DNA of 64,000 bases from the NCBI RefSeq assembly GCF_009914755.1, contig NC_060944.1. The stretch is one strand, 5' to 3'. A program made the translations under genes and the position numbers. The stretch's first letter is position 1, and every line of letters starts with the position of its first letter. The notes beneath the pieces were generated by a model that was not told the DNA's origin, made no database searches, and saw only the letters and a program-made list of their open reading frames with translations. This DNA is from the human T2T-CHM13v2.0 reference genome, Homo sapiens. This document shows, in pieces, positions 34,032-47,646 of the stretch.

Positions 34032-37000
34032 ATTTTTAAAATTTTTATTTCAATAATTTTTGGGGGAAAAGTGGTGTTTGATTGCCTGGAAAAGTTGTTT
34101 AATGGTGATTTCTGAGATTTTGGTGCACCCATCACCCAAGCGGTTTACGCTGTACCCAATGTATAGTCTTATAACCCTCACTCCCCTCCCACCCTTCCCC
34201 CAGAGTCCCCAAAGTCCATTATATCATTCTTATGCCTTTGCATCCTCATAGATTAGCTCCCACTTATAAGTGAGAACATACAATGTTTGGTTTTCCATTC
34301 CTGACTTATTTTGTTTCTTTTTATGGCAGAGTAGTGTGTGTGCGTGTGCATGTGTGTATATATATATATATATATCTCAGATATATATATATATATATAT
34401 ATCTCAGATATATATATATACCATGTGATATATATCGCATTTTCTTTATCCACTCATTGATTGATGGGCATTTAGGCTGGTTTCATACTTTTGCAATTGC
34501 AAATTGCAAAATACTGCTATAAACATGTGTGTGCAAGTGTCTTTCTCACATAATGACTTCCATTCCTCAGGGTAGATACCCAGTAGTAGGATTGCTGGAT
34601 CAAATGGTAGCTCTACTTTTAGTTATTAAGGAATCTTATTACTCTTTTCCATAGTGGTAGTATTAATACTATTTTATATCCCCACCAGCATGTGAAAATG
34701 TTCCCTTTTCACCACATCCATGCCAACATCTGTTACTTTTTTATTTTAAAACTATGGCCATTCTTGTAGGAGTAAGGTGGTTTTGATTTGCATTTCCTTG
34801 ATAATTAGTGATATTGAGCATTTTTTCATATGTGTGCTGGTCATTTGTATATCTTCTTATGAAAATTGTCTAGTCATGTCCTTAGCTCACTTTTTGATGG
34901 GATTATTTGTTTTTTTCTCTTGCTGATTTGTTTGAGTTCCTTGTAGATTAAAGGTATTAGTCCTTCATCAAATGCATAGTATGCGGATATTTTCTCCCAT
35001 TCCAGGGTTGCCTGTTTTCTCTGCTGATTAATTCTTTGGCAGTGCAGAATTTTTTTAGTTTAATTAGGTCCCATCTATTTATTTTTGTTTTTGTTTTATT
35101 CGCTTTTAGATTCTTGGTTATGAATTCTTTGCCTAAGCCAATGTCTAGAAGAGTTTTTCTGATGTTATCGTCTAGAATTTTTAGGGTTTCAGGTCTTAGA
35201 TTTAAGTCTTTGATCCATCTTGAGTTTATTTTTGTGTAAGGCAAGAGGCGAGGATACAGCTTCATTCTTCTACATGTGGCTTACCAATGAGCTCAGCACC
35301 ATTTGTTGTATAGCATGTTCTGTCCCTGCCTTATGTTTTTGTTTGCTTTGTCAAGAATCAGTTGACTGTAAGTATTTGGCTTTATTTCTGAGTTCTTTAT
35401 TCTGTCCCGTTAGTCTACATGCCGATTTTTATACAAGTACTATGCTGTTTTGTTAACTATAGCCTTGTAGTATAGTTTGAAGTCAGGTAATGTGATGCCT
35501 CCAGAATTGTTCTTTTTGCTTAGTCTTGCTTTGGCTATGCACCCTCCTTTTTTTGGTTCTGTATGAATTTTAGGATTATTTTTTCTTGTTCTATGAAGAA
35601 TGATGATGGGATTTTGATGGAAATTGCATTGAATCTGTAGATTGCTTTTGGCAGTATGGTCAATTTCACAATATTTGCTCTACCCATCCATGAGCAGGGG
35701 ATGTGTTTCCACTTGTTTGTATTGTCTACGATTTATCGATTTATTTCACAATGTATTGTAGTTTTCCTTATAGAGATCTTTCACTTTTTGTTAGGTATAT
35801 TCCTAAGTATTTTACTTTATTGCAGTTGTTGTAAAAGGGATTGAGTTCTTGATTTGATTCTCAGCTGGTTGTTGTTGGTATATAGCAGTGCTACTGATTT
35901 GTGTACGTTTATTTTGTATCCTGAAACTTTACTGAATTCATTTATCAGATCTAGGAGTTTTTGGATGAGTCTTTAGGGTTTTCTAGGTATATGGCCATAT
36001 TATCAGTGAACAGTGACAATTTACCTTCCTTTTTGCCAATTTGGATGCCTTTTATTTCTTTCTCTTGTCTGATTACTCTGACTAGGACTTCCAGTATTAT
36101 GCTGCATATAAGTGGTGAAAGTGGGCATTCTTGTCTTGTTCCAGTTCTCAGGGGAAATGCTTTTAACTTTTCCCCATTCAGTATAATGTTGGCTGTGGGG
36201 TTTGTCATAGATGGCTCTTATTTCCTTGAGGTATGCCCCTTCTATGCCAATTTTGCTGAGGGTTTTAATCATAAAGTGATACTGGATTTTGTCAAATGCT
36301 TTTTCTGCATCCATTGAGATGATCATATGATTTTGGTTTTTAATTCTGTTTATGTGATGTATCACATGTACTGACTTGTGTATGTTAAAACTTCCCTGCA
36401 TTCCTGTTGTGAAACCCTCTTGATCATGGTGGATTATCTTTTTGATATGCTGTTGGATTCAATTAGCTAGTATAATATTTTGTTGAGGATTTTTGCATCT
36501 AGTTTTCTTTTTTTGTTATGTCCTTGCCAAGTTTTGGTATTAGGGTGATACTGGTTTCATATAATGATTTAGGGAGGATTCCTTCTTTCTCTATGTTGTG
36601 GAATACTGTCAATAGGATTGGTACCAATTCTTCTTTGAATTTCCGATAGAATTCAGCTGTGAAGCCATCTGGTCCTGGACTCTTTTTTGTTGGTAATTTA
36701 TCCATCTTCTCTAGGTTTTCTAGTTTATGCGTGTAAAAGTGTTCATACTAGCCTTAAATGATATTTTGTATTTCTGTGGTATCAGTTGTAATATTTCCCA
36801 TTTCATTTCTAGTTGAACTTATTTTTGGATCTTCTCTCTTCTTTTCTTGGTTAATCTTGGTAATGGTCTAATCAATTTTGTTTATCATTTCAAAGTAGCA
36901 GTTTTTTGTTTCATTTATCTTTTATAGATTTTTCTTTGTTTCAATTTTATTTAGTCCTGCTCTGATATTTGCTATCTCTTTTCTTCTGCTGGGTTTGGGT

Positions 37001-38668
37001 TTGGTTTGTACTTGTTTCTCTAGTTCCTTGTGAGATGTGATCTTACATTTTCTGTATTCTTTCAGGCTTTTTAATGTAGGCATTTAATGCTATGAACTTT
37101 CTTCTTAGCAGCGTTTTTGCTGTGTCCCATAGGTTTTGTTAAGCTGTGTCACTATTATTGTTCAGTGCAAATAATTTTTTAATTTTCTTTTTGATTTCAT
37201 TGTTGACCCAGTGATTATTCAGGAGCAGGTTATTTAATTTCCAAGTATTTGCATGGTTTTAAGGGTTCCTTTTGGAGTTTATTTTAAATCTTATTTCACT
37301 GTGGTCTGAGAGAGTATTTGACATAATTTCGATTCTTTAAAATTTATTGAGGCTTGTTTTTTGGCCTGCCATATGGTCTACCTTGGAGAATGTTCCATGT
37401 GCTGATGAAGAGAATGTATATTCTGCAGTTGCTGGTAGAATGTTTTGTAAATATCTGTTAAGTCCGTTTGTTCTAAGGTATAGTTTAAGTCCATTGTTGT
37501 TGACTTTCTGTCTTGATGACCTGTCTAGTCCTGTCAGTGCAGTATTGAAGTCCCCCACTGTTATTATGTTGCTGTCTATCTCATTTCTTAGGTATAGTAA
37601 TGATTGTTTTATGAATTTGGGAACTCCCATGTTAGGTACATATATATTTAGGATTGGGATATTTTCCTCTCGGACTTATCCTTTTATCATTATATAATGT
37701 TCCTCTTTATTTTTTTAAACTGTTGTTGCTCTAAAGTCTGTTTTGTCTGGTATAAGAAGAGCTTCTCCTGCTGGATTTTGGTTTCCATTTGCATGGAATA
37801 TCTTTTTCCACCCCTTTACCTTAAGTTTATGTGAGTTCTTATGTGTTAGGTGAGTCTCTTGAAGACAGCAGATACTTGGTTGGTGGATTTTTATTTTTTC
37901 TGTTATTCTTTATCTTTTAAGTGGAGCATTTAGGCCATTTACATTCAATGTTAGTATTGAGATGTGCGGTACTATTCCATTCATCATGCTAGTTCTTGCC
38001 TGAATACCTTTTTTTTTCATTGTGTTATTGTTGTATAGGCCTTGAGAGATTTATCCTTTAAAGAGGTTCTATTTTGGTGTTATTTCAAGGTTTATTTCAA
38101 GATTTAGAACACCTTTCAGTATTTCTTGTTATGCTGGGTTGGTAGTAGCGAATTCTCTCAGCATTTGTTTGTCTGAAAAAGACTTTATCTCTCCTTCATT
38201 TATGAAGCTTAGTTTTGCTGTATACAAAATTCTTGGCTGGCAATTATTTTGATTGAGGAGGCTAAAGTTAGGACCCCAATCCCTTCCAGCTTGTAAGGTT
38301 TCTGCTGAGAAATCTGTCATCAATCTGATAGATTTTTCTTTATAGATTACCTGAGGCTTTTGCCTCACAGCTCTTAAGATTCTTTCCTTTGTCTTGACTT
38401 TAGATAGCCTGAGGACTATATGCCTGTGTGATGATCTTTTTGCAAAGAATTTCCCAGGTGTTCTTTGAGCTGCTTGTATTTGGATGTCTAGATCTCTAGC
38501 AAGGCCAGAGAAGTTTTCCTTGATTATTCCCTCAAATATGTTTTCCAAACTTTTAGATTTCTCTTTGTCCTCATAAACACCAATTATTCTTAGGTTTGGC
38601 CATTTAACATAATCCCAAATTTCTTGCAGGCTTTGTTCATTTTTTTGTTTCTTTTTTCTTTATCTTTG
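34032..38668 (-). mobile_element. L1PB-type LINE-1, 5'-truncated within ORF1, with TSD
   Basis: L1PB 3' UTR 'ggtgatttctgagattttggtgcacccatcaccc'; ORF2 pieces (35951-36208 '[15 protein letters not shown]') and ORF1 piece (38129-38548); TSD ttatatctcgtcttttta (34014-34031) / ttatatctcatcttatta (38669-38686). Confidence 0.92.
34334..34436. repeat. (TG)n/(TA)n microsatellite with duplicated 'tctcaga' spacer, inside the L1 3' UTR
   Basis: tgtgtg...(ta)n tctcaga (ta)n tctcaga (ta)n. Confidence 0.9.
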
Positions 38669-38719
38669 TTATATCTCATCTTATTATGGAAAGTATTTGA
38701 ATGGTCATCTTGCCATCTT

Positions 38720-40745
38720 AAAAGTAAAACTATGGAAAATACATGTCATGCAAACAGTAACCAGAAGAGACCTGGAGTGGCCATAATATATCAGACAAAA
38801 TAAATTTTGTATTAAAACTTGTCACAAGAAGAGTGATTCAGCAAGATAGAAGAGTAGGAGGCCCTGGCTCCTCCTCCTTTCCCATCATTGCTACTAATTT
38901 AGCAACAATTCATGAACAAATTGGCTTTGTGAGAAATCATAAATTAATTGAAAGCCTGCTGCTTCCAGGAAAATAGTAAATCAAAAGCCAGTAGGGATAT
39001 TGGAAACATGCTGTCAGCAGAGACCCTGCTCTTAGATTAGCTCCTTACAATCAGAAAGAGACCCCTAATTTCCATCTTTACCCAGGGAAGGGAGGGGTTG
39101 CTGTGCATATCCACAGCCCTAACTTTTCTGAGGGATCTCCCCAAAGGACTGGCTTTTATCTTGCCAGTCTTGAAGCTCTGATTAGTCTGGGACAGTCTTG
39201 CAACCTGGGGGAGAATAGAGACGGCAGCTTAGGCTAGTAGACAGAAGTAATTCTTCACCCTGCTCAACACAAAGCAAGTAGACAAAAACTACAGCTGCCT
39301 GCTTTACCTTGGGGAAGAAAAGAATTGGCAGAGGCCCCAGTCTCTCTAGCTGAGCTAATTAGTGGGGGTCTTCTCCTGTAGGAGGCCAGTCTGTGAAGAC
39401 CAGGAGAGGTGCCTATTTTGCCTAATGCACAGAAACCAACATAGAGAGTCAAGGAAAATGATGGATCAGGCAAAGATTCCAAACGAAAGAATAAAGTCAA
39501 ATTTAAGAAATTGATCCTAATGAAATGAAGCTGTATCATTTTCCTAATAGAATTAAAATAACTCATAAAGATGGCCCACTGAGGTCAAGAAAACAATGTG
39601 TGAACAAAGTGAGAATCTCAACAAAGAGATATAATATTTACCCTGAACAGAAATATTGGAGCTAAAGGACACAATAATTAAACTGAAACACCAGAGGGGT
39701 TCAACAGCAGACAAGATCAAGCAGAAGAAAGGATCAGTGAACTCGAGAATAGGTCACCGCAAATAAATCAGTCAGAGGAGCAAAAATTGTTTCAAGAAAT
39801 AAAAAAGAACATTAAATATTATTAAAAAATAAATCCATCAAGAAGCTATAAAGATTATAAAAATATGTGTATATGTGTATGTGCGTAAGTGTGCATATGT
39901 GCATATATATGTATGTGTATATAACTAACAGAGTCCCAAAATAACTGAAGCAAAAACTGAGAGAATTGAAGGGGGCAATAGAAAATTCAACAATTATGGG
40001 TGACAATTTTAAATCTTTGCTTTCAATAATAAATAGAGTAATGAGACAGAAGATCAACAAGGTGCTACAAAACTTGAATAACAATATAAGCCAATGAGAC
40101 CTAACAGATGTCTGAAGAACATTCCAACCATCAATAGCATAATGTATATTTTTCTGAAGTGCATATGGAACAATTTCCATCATAATAGACCATATGTTAG
40201 GCCATAAAATAATCTCTATATATTTGAAATAATTGAAATAATACAAATTATTTTCTCAAATTGCAATGGGATGATATTAGAAATAAATAATTGCACAAAT
40301 ATGTGGAAATTAAACAATACACTCTTAATTGACGGGTCAAAAAATATCACAGTAAATATTGGCCCTAAGATTCTTAACAAATACTGGGAAACCAAATCTA
40401 ACACCATATAAAAAAGATTATGCAGAATGACCAAGTAGAATTTGTCCAAGAAGTACAAAGTTGGTTCAATGTATACAAATCAATCAATATTATACAATAA
40501 ATATTACACCTACTATGTATCCACAAAAATTTACAAGTTGAAAAAAGAAAACAGAATTAATACACAATATTAGTAGAATAAAGCAAAAACCATAAGATTC
40601 TCTCAAGAGATGCAGAAAAGGCACTTGAAAAAAATCTAACACCTTTCCATAATGAAGATAGTCAAAAACAATGTAAGGAAACTTCCTCAATCTGACAAAG
40701 GGCATTTACAAAAAAACACAGGTAACATCATTCTTAACAATGATA
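38720..40745 (+). mobile_element. Old L1M ORF2 fragment (host), interrupted at 38831-39781
   Basis: Endonuclease-region sequence 'catgcaaacagtaaccagaagagacctggagtggc...tcagacaaaata' resumes after 39782 as 'aatccatcaagaag...gaagcaaaaactgagagaattgaagggg'. Confidence 0.75.
38831..39781 (+). mobile_element. L1M 5' UTR plus ORF1 N-terminal part only
   Basis: Starts 'gagtgattcagcaagatagaagagtagg'; ORF1-like 'gagaatctcaacaaagagata...ttcaacagcagacaagatcaagcagaagaaaggatcagtgaactcga'; ends 'gtcagaggagc'. Confidence 0.7.
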
Positions 40746-40849
40746 ACAGTAGTTGGTCAACTCACCTGGTGTCTCCTGCCAAGTCCAGCAGAGGTGGGGA
40801 GATGGAAAAGAAGGGGAGAGATGAAATCAGTGAGAAGTACAGACAGCCA

Positions 40850-41030
40850 GAATGTGAGCCTCAGCCCTGCCTCCCACTTAACAGTGAATTTGGGTAACAC
40901 TTTAACTTGCTGAGCTTCAGGATTCATTGCTGTAAAATGGGAGATACTGAAGCTCTCTACAAGCTTTTGGGTATGACTGCATTATTTGAAGAATGCAAAG
41001 TACCTGCAGGTCTTGGCATAAAGTTGCAAT
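40850..41030 (+). mobile_element. MIR fragment
   Basis: 'gtgaatttgggtaacactttaacttgctgagcttcag...ctgtaaaatgggagatact'. Confidence 0.65.
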
Positions 41031-41433
41031 AATGCTATTTTCCCTTGAGAAGCTTCTAATTTAATTATAGAGAAAATATATAACCAGTTGGATCCTCAAT
41101 GTTAGCTTCTAGTTGTTCTTTAGTCCTGAGTTTTTAAACCTTATTAGGGCTTATTTCAACATCCACAGGGTACCTACTGAATACTTCAAAATTACAAGAT
41201 ATAGCTCTTTTGCTATTGTTGCGTCAAATTTCTCCTGGGAATATACTTACGGTTTTTTGCTTGTTTTAATTAAGTATCATACCACACACAAACCAGTTGT
41301 GTTGCATGGCATCATTACTGTTAGTTGAATTTATTTGGCATCTTTCCTCTGAAGAACAATGGGTAGAGTCTAGAATTTATCATTCTATTCATCCACTCAT
41401 AAGCATTTATGGCTCTGACAAGGCAACATGCCA

Positions 41434-41517
41434 GGAACTACAATCTCAAAGATGAATTTAGCAAATTCAGCATGGGAACTACAATTTCAAAAAGATGAAT
41501 TCAGTAAATTCAGCATG
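41434..41517. repeat. Tandem duplication, ~42-bp unit x2
   Basis: ggaactacaatctcaaagatgaatttagcaaattcagcatg followed by ggaactacaatttcaaaaagatgaattcagtaaattcagcatg. Confidence 0.9.
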
Positions 41518-42404
41518 GGTCTTGCTCTCTAATGTATACAGAGAGTGGAAAAGTCAGTCATACTACAATAGTATGTGTCCTACCAGAAGTGGAAGTATAG
41601 CTGGCCACCAGGAAATATCGGAAAAGTTGCTGTCATTTTTCTTGGAGAAGTCAGAAAAAATATCTATTGGGAAGTTTATATTGCTGCTTCATCTTGAAAC
41701 GTAAGTAGGCAATGAGAAGAAAATCGTAATTAAGGCTGAGAGAATGGCATTGCATCGTTGCAGAGGTAAGAAACAGCACTGGGACTTTAGGAAGTATTTT
41801 CACTAGGATCAAGTATAATTTGCACAAGGGAAGGGGAAACAGGAGTAGAAAAGTAGGCAGGAGCCAGAGAATAATATGCCTTGCATGCCTTACTAAGAAT
41901 ATGGACTTTACTCCATTCTTTGGGGAGTTATGGACAGATAACTGATATTTCCAGCCACAATCAATCCAGAAACACCCCTGTTTTGACAATACCCCAGCCT
42001 CCTCTAGGGGGAGCCACCTTTGATTTTCATGGCAGGGTGGGATCCAGAAAGCTGAAAGTCTCTTTCCAAACTTGATTTGGAGACATGAATTTCACACAAA
42101 TACAACAATACTCTCCTATCTTCATGGGGCAGGGTTGGGGGAGCAAAGCCGCTGATCTCTTTACAGATTATGAAAGAAGCCAAAGCTGAGATGGAATCCT
42201 GGTGGCCTTCCTCTGCCCCACTGTGTCTTAAAATGTGAATCACTTTGGAAGCATGTTAAGAAGGAGGATCATACACTCTTTCCCAGACTCACTGAATCAA
42301 GACCTTTGGGAGGTAATTGAAATGGACATTTTTCTAAATTTCCTTAGCTGATCTTTAAGTAGAATAAAATTTGACAATCGCTACACTTATGACTTTTAAA
42401 AATA

Positions 42405-44060
42405 AAAACTTTATTTTTTAGAACAGATTTGTGTTTACAGAAAAATTACAAAGATAGTATAGTCAGTTTCCATATACCCTGAACATGGTTTCCTCTATTA
42501 CAAACATCTTATGTTAGAATGGTATATTTGTTACAATTCATGAACCAATACTGATACATTGATGATAATGGTAATGATGATGATGATGATTGTTCTGATA
42601 ATGTTATTGTTACACTTAACATGAGTCCATGCTTTGTTCAGTTTTCCTTGGTTTGTAGCTAATGTTCTTATTCTGTTCCAGAATTGCATCCAGGATACTA
42701 CATCATATTTAGTCATCATGTCTTCTTAAGCTGTTGTTGGCTGTGACAGTTTCTCTTTCTTGTTTTTATGACCTAGACAATTTTGAGGGGTCAGGCATTT
42801 TTTAGAATGCCTCTTAATGGGGATTTGTACACTTTTTCATAAATAGACCGATGTTATGGGTTTTGGGGAAAAGATCACAGAGATTAATTCTGACCCTTAT
42901 CACATTATATCAACTATACATACCGTTAACATGATATCACTGTTGAAGTTGACCTTATAAGCCTGGCCGAGGTAGTGTTTGCCAGGTCTCACCACTGTAA
43001 ATTTACCCTTCCTTCCCTTTCCATATTACTCTTTGGAAGGAAGGAACTATACAGAGCCCACATTTAAGGGATGGAGGTTTATGCTCCACTTCCTTACAGG
43101 TAAAATACCTACATAAATTACTTAGAATTCCACATATGCAAAATTTGTATTTTCTTATTTAATTTATTCCATCATTTGATTATGGACTCATGGATATTTA
43201 TTTTACACTTTGGGCTATAATCCAATACTACTTCATTTACTTTGTCACTCAGATTGTTCCAGTTTTGGCTATTGGGATTTCTTTCCATTGGCTCTTGTAC
43301 CGGTTTGATATATTTTCATCATTGTGGATTTTTTTTTCTATTTTTTATTTTTGAGCACTTTCTTATTTTCAGGTACTTCAAGATAATCCAGGCTCATTTT
43401 GCATATTTCTTATCCCGGCCCTAGAATCAGCCATGTCTCCAAGGACCTCAGATTCTTTTTGTTGCAGAATGGTATTTGAAACCAAGATCTGAGCATCAGG
43501 TTGCCACCAGGATGTTATTGTTTATAAAGCCTCCCAGCAGACAGAGCCAGAAGATATATGTGTGTTTATTAAGCAATGTATATACGCATATCTATAAATA
43601 TTTCTATATGGAAGCAGTGTCTATAGGAAGCTACACATGAGTTCATACTGCGATCATCAACTTTAATCCATTACCACATGAATCATTCTAACCTGCTCCC
43701 CTTGCCTATCTCTAAATTCTTACTCCAACAGAAAAAAACAGGCTCTCAACATCTGCCATCTACTTACTTAATTATTCAAACCTAGTGCACATGTATTGCA
43801 GTACTAGAATTGTTAACCCATACCCACATGGGAAAAAGTTTATCAACTAGAGTACAGTGCTTATGTACAATGTTTTTTGCAATCTGAGGCTCCACTGATT
43901 TCTAAAATTACTTAGGTCAGCATCTTTTTTCTTCACCCTATTCAGTGAAGTGTTTCATCCGTTTGTAATACAGTTAGATTATTTGTAACAGTCTGAATTT
44001 CATTTTGAGATCCCTGACCTGCTAAATTATACTTTTAATTGGCACATATTATTGTTCCTA
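42405..44060 (-). mobile_element. L1MC/L1MD-like long 3' UTR
   Basis: 'tttacagaaaaattacaaagatagtatag...ttccatatacc', 'ccctagaatcagccatgtctccaaggac', 'gagttcatactg'. Confidence 0.75.
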
Positions 44061-44064
44061 CTAT

Positions 44065-46130
44065 TCACTTTTTTAATGAAGTGAACTTCACAGATATGAA
44101 ATTAACCATTTGAATGTGAACAATTTAGTGGCATTTAGGACATTCACAGTGTTGTGTAACTACCTCTAACTAGTTCCAGAATATTTCTAATCACCCCTAA
44201 AAATATGATGTCTTTATATGACTTTGGTATCAGGGTAATTCTGACATCATAGAAAGAGCTAGAAAGTGTTTCTTTCTTTTCTATTTTTTGTTAGTGTTTG
44301 AGAAAAATTGATGTTAATTCTTTAAATGTATGTTTGAATTCATCAGTAAAGCCATAAGGTCCTGGGATTTTCTTTGTTAGGAGGTTTTTAATTATTGATT
44401 TAATATCTTTACTTGTTATAGGGCTGTTAGGATGTTCTATTTCATCTTGAGCCAGCAAGGGTAATTTGTATTTCTAAGATTTGTCTGTCTTTTCTGTATT
44501 TGTAGTAATGTCCCCACTTTCATTTCTAGTTTTAGCTATTTGTGTATCCTCTTTTTTTCTCCTTCTGTCTAGCTAAAGTCTTGTCATTTTGTGGATTTTT
44601 TTTTTCTAAGGACCAGCTTTTGGTTTTGCTGAGTCTCTACTGCTTTCTATTTTGTTTACCTCTTTTAATCTTTGTCTCCTTTCTTCTGCTAACTTTGGGT
44701 TAAGTTTGATATTTATTTTCTAATTCTTTAAGGTGTAGTATTGAGTTGTTAGTTTAGAATCTTTCTTCGTTTATAAATGTATGTGTCTATGGCTATAAAT
44801 TCCTCACTTAGCCTTGCTTTTGCTGCATCCCATTACTGTGGTATGTTAAGTTTTGTTTGCATTTGTCCCAAGATATTCTCTGATTTCTTGTGTGATTCAT
44901 CTTTTGACCCATTTATTTTGAGTGTATCATTTAATTTCCACATATTTGTGAATTTTCTAGTTATTCTTCTATTATTGACGTCGTTTCATTTTATCATAGT
45001 CAGAAAATATTCTTTGTGTAGTTTCAGTTCTTTTAAAATTTATTGAGACTTATTTTGTAGCCTAACATATGGGCTATCTTAGCTAATGTTCCATGTACAC
45101 TTGAAAAGAATATGTATTCTGCTGTTGTTGGGTGGAGTGTTCTGTCTGTGTCTGTTAGGTCTAGTGTTCAAGTCTTCTATTTCCTATTGAGCTTCAGTTA
45201 TTTTGTTGTATGTATTATAAAAGGTTTAGTATTGAAATATCTATTATTGCATAACTATGTTTTGTCCCTTTAATTCTGTCAATGTGTGCATACTCCACTT
45301 CTCTGTTCTTTCTTGTGTGTTATGTTTATATGTTCTTGATAAATTGACCCTTTTATCAATATACAAAGTCCTTATTTGTATCTTGCAATTGTTTTCAAGT
45401 CAAAGTCTGTTTTGTCCAATACTATTACTGTATAACCACCCCAACTCTCTTCTGGTTACTATTTGAAATGAATGTCTTTGTGTATCTTTTTAATTTAAAT
45501 ATATTTATATCTTTAGAACTAAAGTGAATTTCTTGTAGACAGCATACCATTGGATCATATTTTTCAAATCCATTTGGTCATATCTCTGCCTTTTAATTGG
45601 AGCGTTTAATCCATTCACATGTAACATATCTGTTTGAGGAAGGATTTACTTCTTCCATTTGGGTATTTGTTTTCTATGTTTTATACCTTTTTTATTCTTT
45701 GTATCCTCCATTTGTCTTGTTTGTGTTTTGCTATTTGGGGTGTATTGTTTGGATTTCCTTCTCATTTCCTTTTGTGTGTACTTTTAGGAAAATTTCTTGG
45801 TGATTACCATAAAGGTTCTAATTAAAATCATAAATTTATAACAATATTATTTAAATTTCTACAAATTTTGCTTCAATACCATACAGTAATTACATTACTA
45901 TACAGTTCCATTCCCTGCCTTATAATTGCTTTCACAAATTACATTGTTGGATATTATGTGGCTATTAGCATAAATTTATAGTGATGTGTATTTATTTGTC
46001 TTTTTAAATCATATAGGAAATATTATAAAAATAGAAGTTGCAATCCAAAATGCAGTAATACAGACTTTTATATTTATCTATGCAATAACTTATATTCAAT
46101 TTCTATATTTCTTTTTTTTGACACCTAGTG
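44065..46130 (-). mobile_element. Old L1M pieces: short L1MB-like 3' end (44065-44200) and ORF2/inter-ORF fragment
   Basis: 'aatttagtggcatttaggacattcacagtgttgtgtaac', then antisense ORF2 'tttggtatcagggtaat...ctaatgttccatgtacacttgaaaagaatatgtattctgctgttgttgggtggagtgttct'. Confidence 0.7.
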
Positions 46131-46470
46131 TAACCATGTGGCCTGTTTTTTTTATTATTATTACTTTAAATTTTTATTTTTCCATAGGTTATTGGTGTAC
46201 AGGTTGTGTTTGGTTATATAAATAAGGTCTATAGTGGTGATTTGTGAGATTTTGGCATGCCCATCACCCGAGCAGTATACGCTACACCCTATTTGTATTC
46301 TTTTGTCCCTCACCCCACTCCCACCATTTCCCCCCAAGTCGCCATAGTCCATTGTAACATTCTTATGCCTTTGAGCCCTCATAGGTTAGCTCCCACATAT
46401 CAGCGAGAACATACGATGTTTGGTTTTCCGTTCCTGACTTACTTCACTTAGAATAATAGTCTCCAATCTC

Positions 46471-46769
<299 letters not shown>

Positions 46770-47301
46770 GTCTTCAATCTCATCCAGGTCACTGCAAATA
46801 CCATTAATTCATTCCTTTTTATGGCTGAGTTGGTATTTCATCATATATATATATATATCACCATTTCTTTATCCACTCATAGATTGATGGGCATTTGGGT
46901 TGATTCCACAATTTTGCAATTGCAGATTGTGTTGCTATAAACATGCCTGTGCAAGTATCTTTTTGGTATACTGACTTCTATTCCTGTGGGTAGATACCCA
47001 GTAGTGGGATTACTGGATCAATTGGTTCTACTTTTAATTCTACTTTTAGTTCTTTAAGGAATCTCCACACTGTTTTCCATAGTGGCTGTACTAGTTTACA
47101 TTCCCACCAGCAGGGTAGAAGTTTTCCCTGATCACTGCATCCATGCCAACATCTACTGTTTTTTTTTAATATATTTTAATTATAGCCATTCTAGCTTAGA
47201 AAAAGTGGTATCACATTGTGCTTTTGATTTGCATTTTCTTGATCATTAGTGATGTTGAGCATTTTTTCATATTTCTTGGCCATTTGTATATCTTTTTTTG
47301 A

Positions 47302-47646
<345 letters not shown>

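Noticed and set aside
41434-41490. ZNF143/ACTACA promoter motif in the duplicated unit
   Set aside because: Lacks the TCCCA half and is not in a promoter-like context
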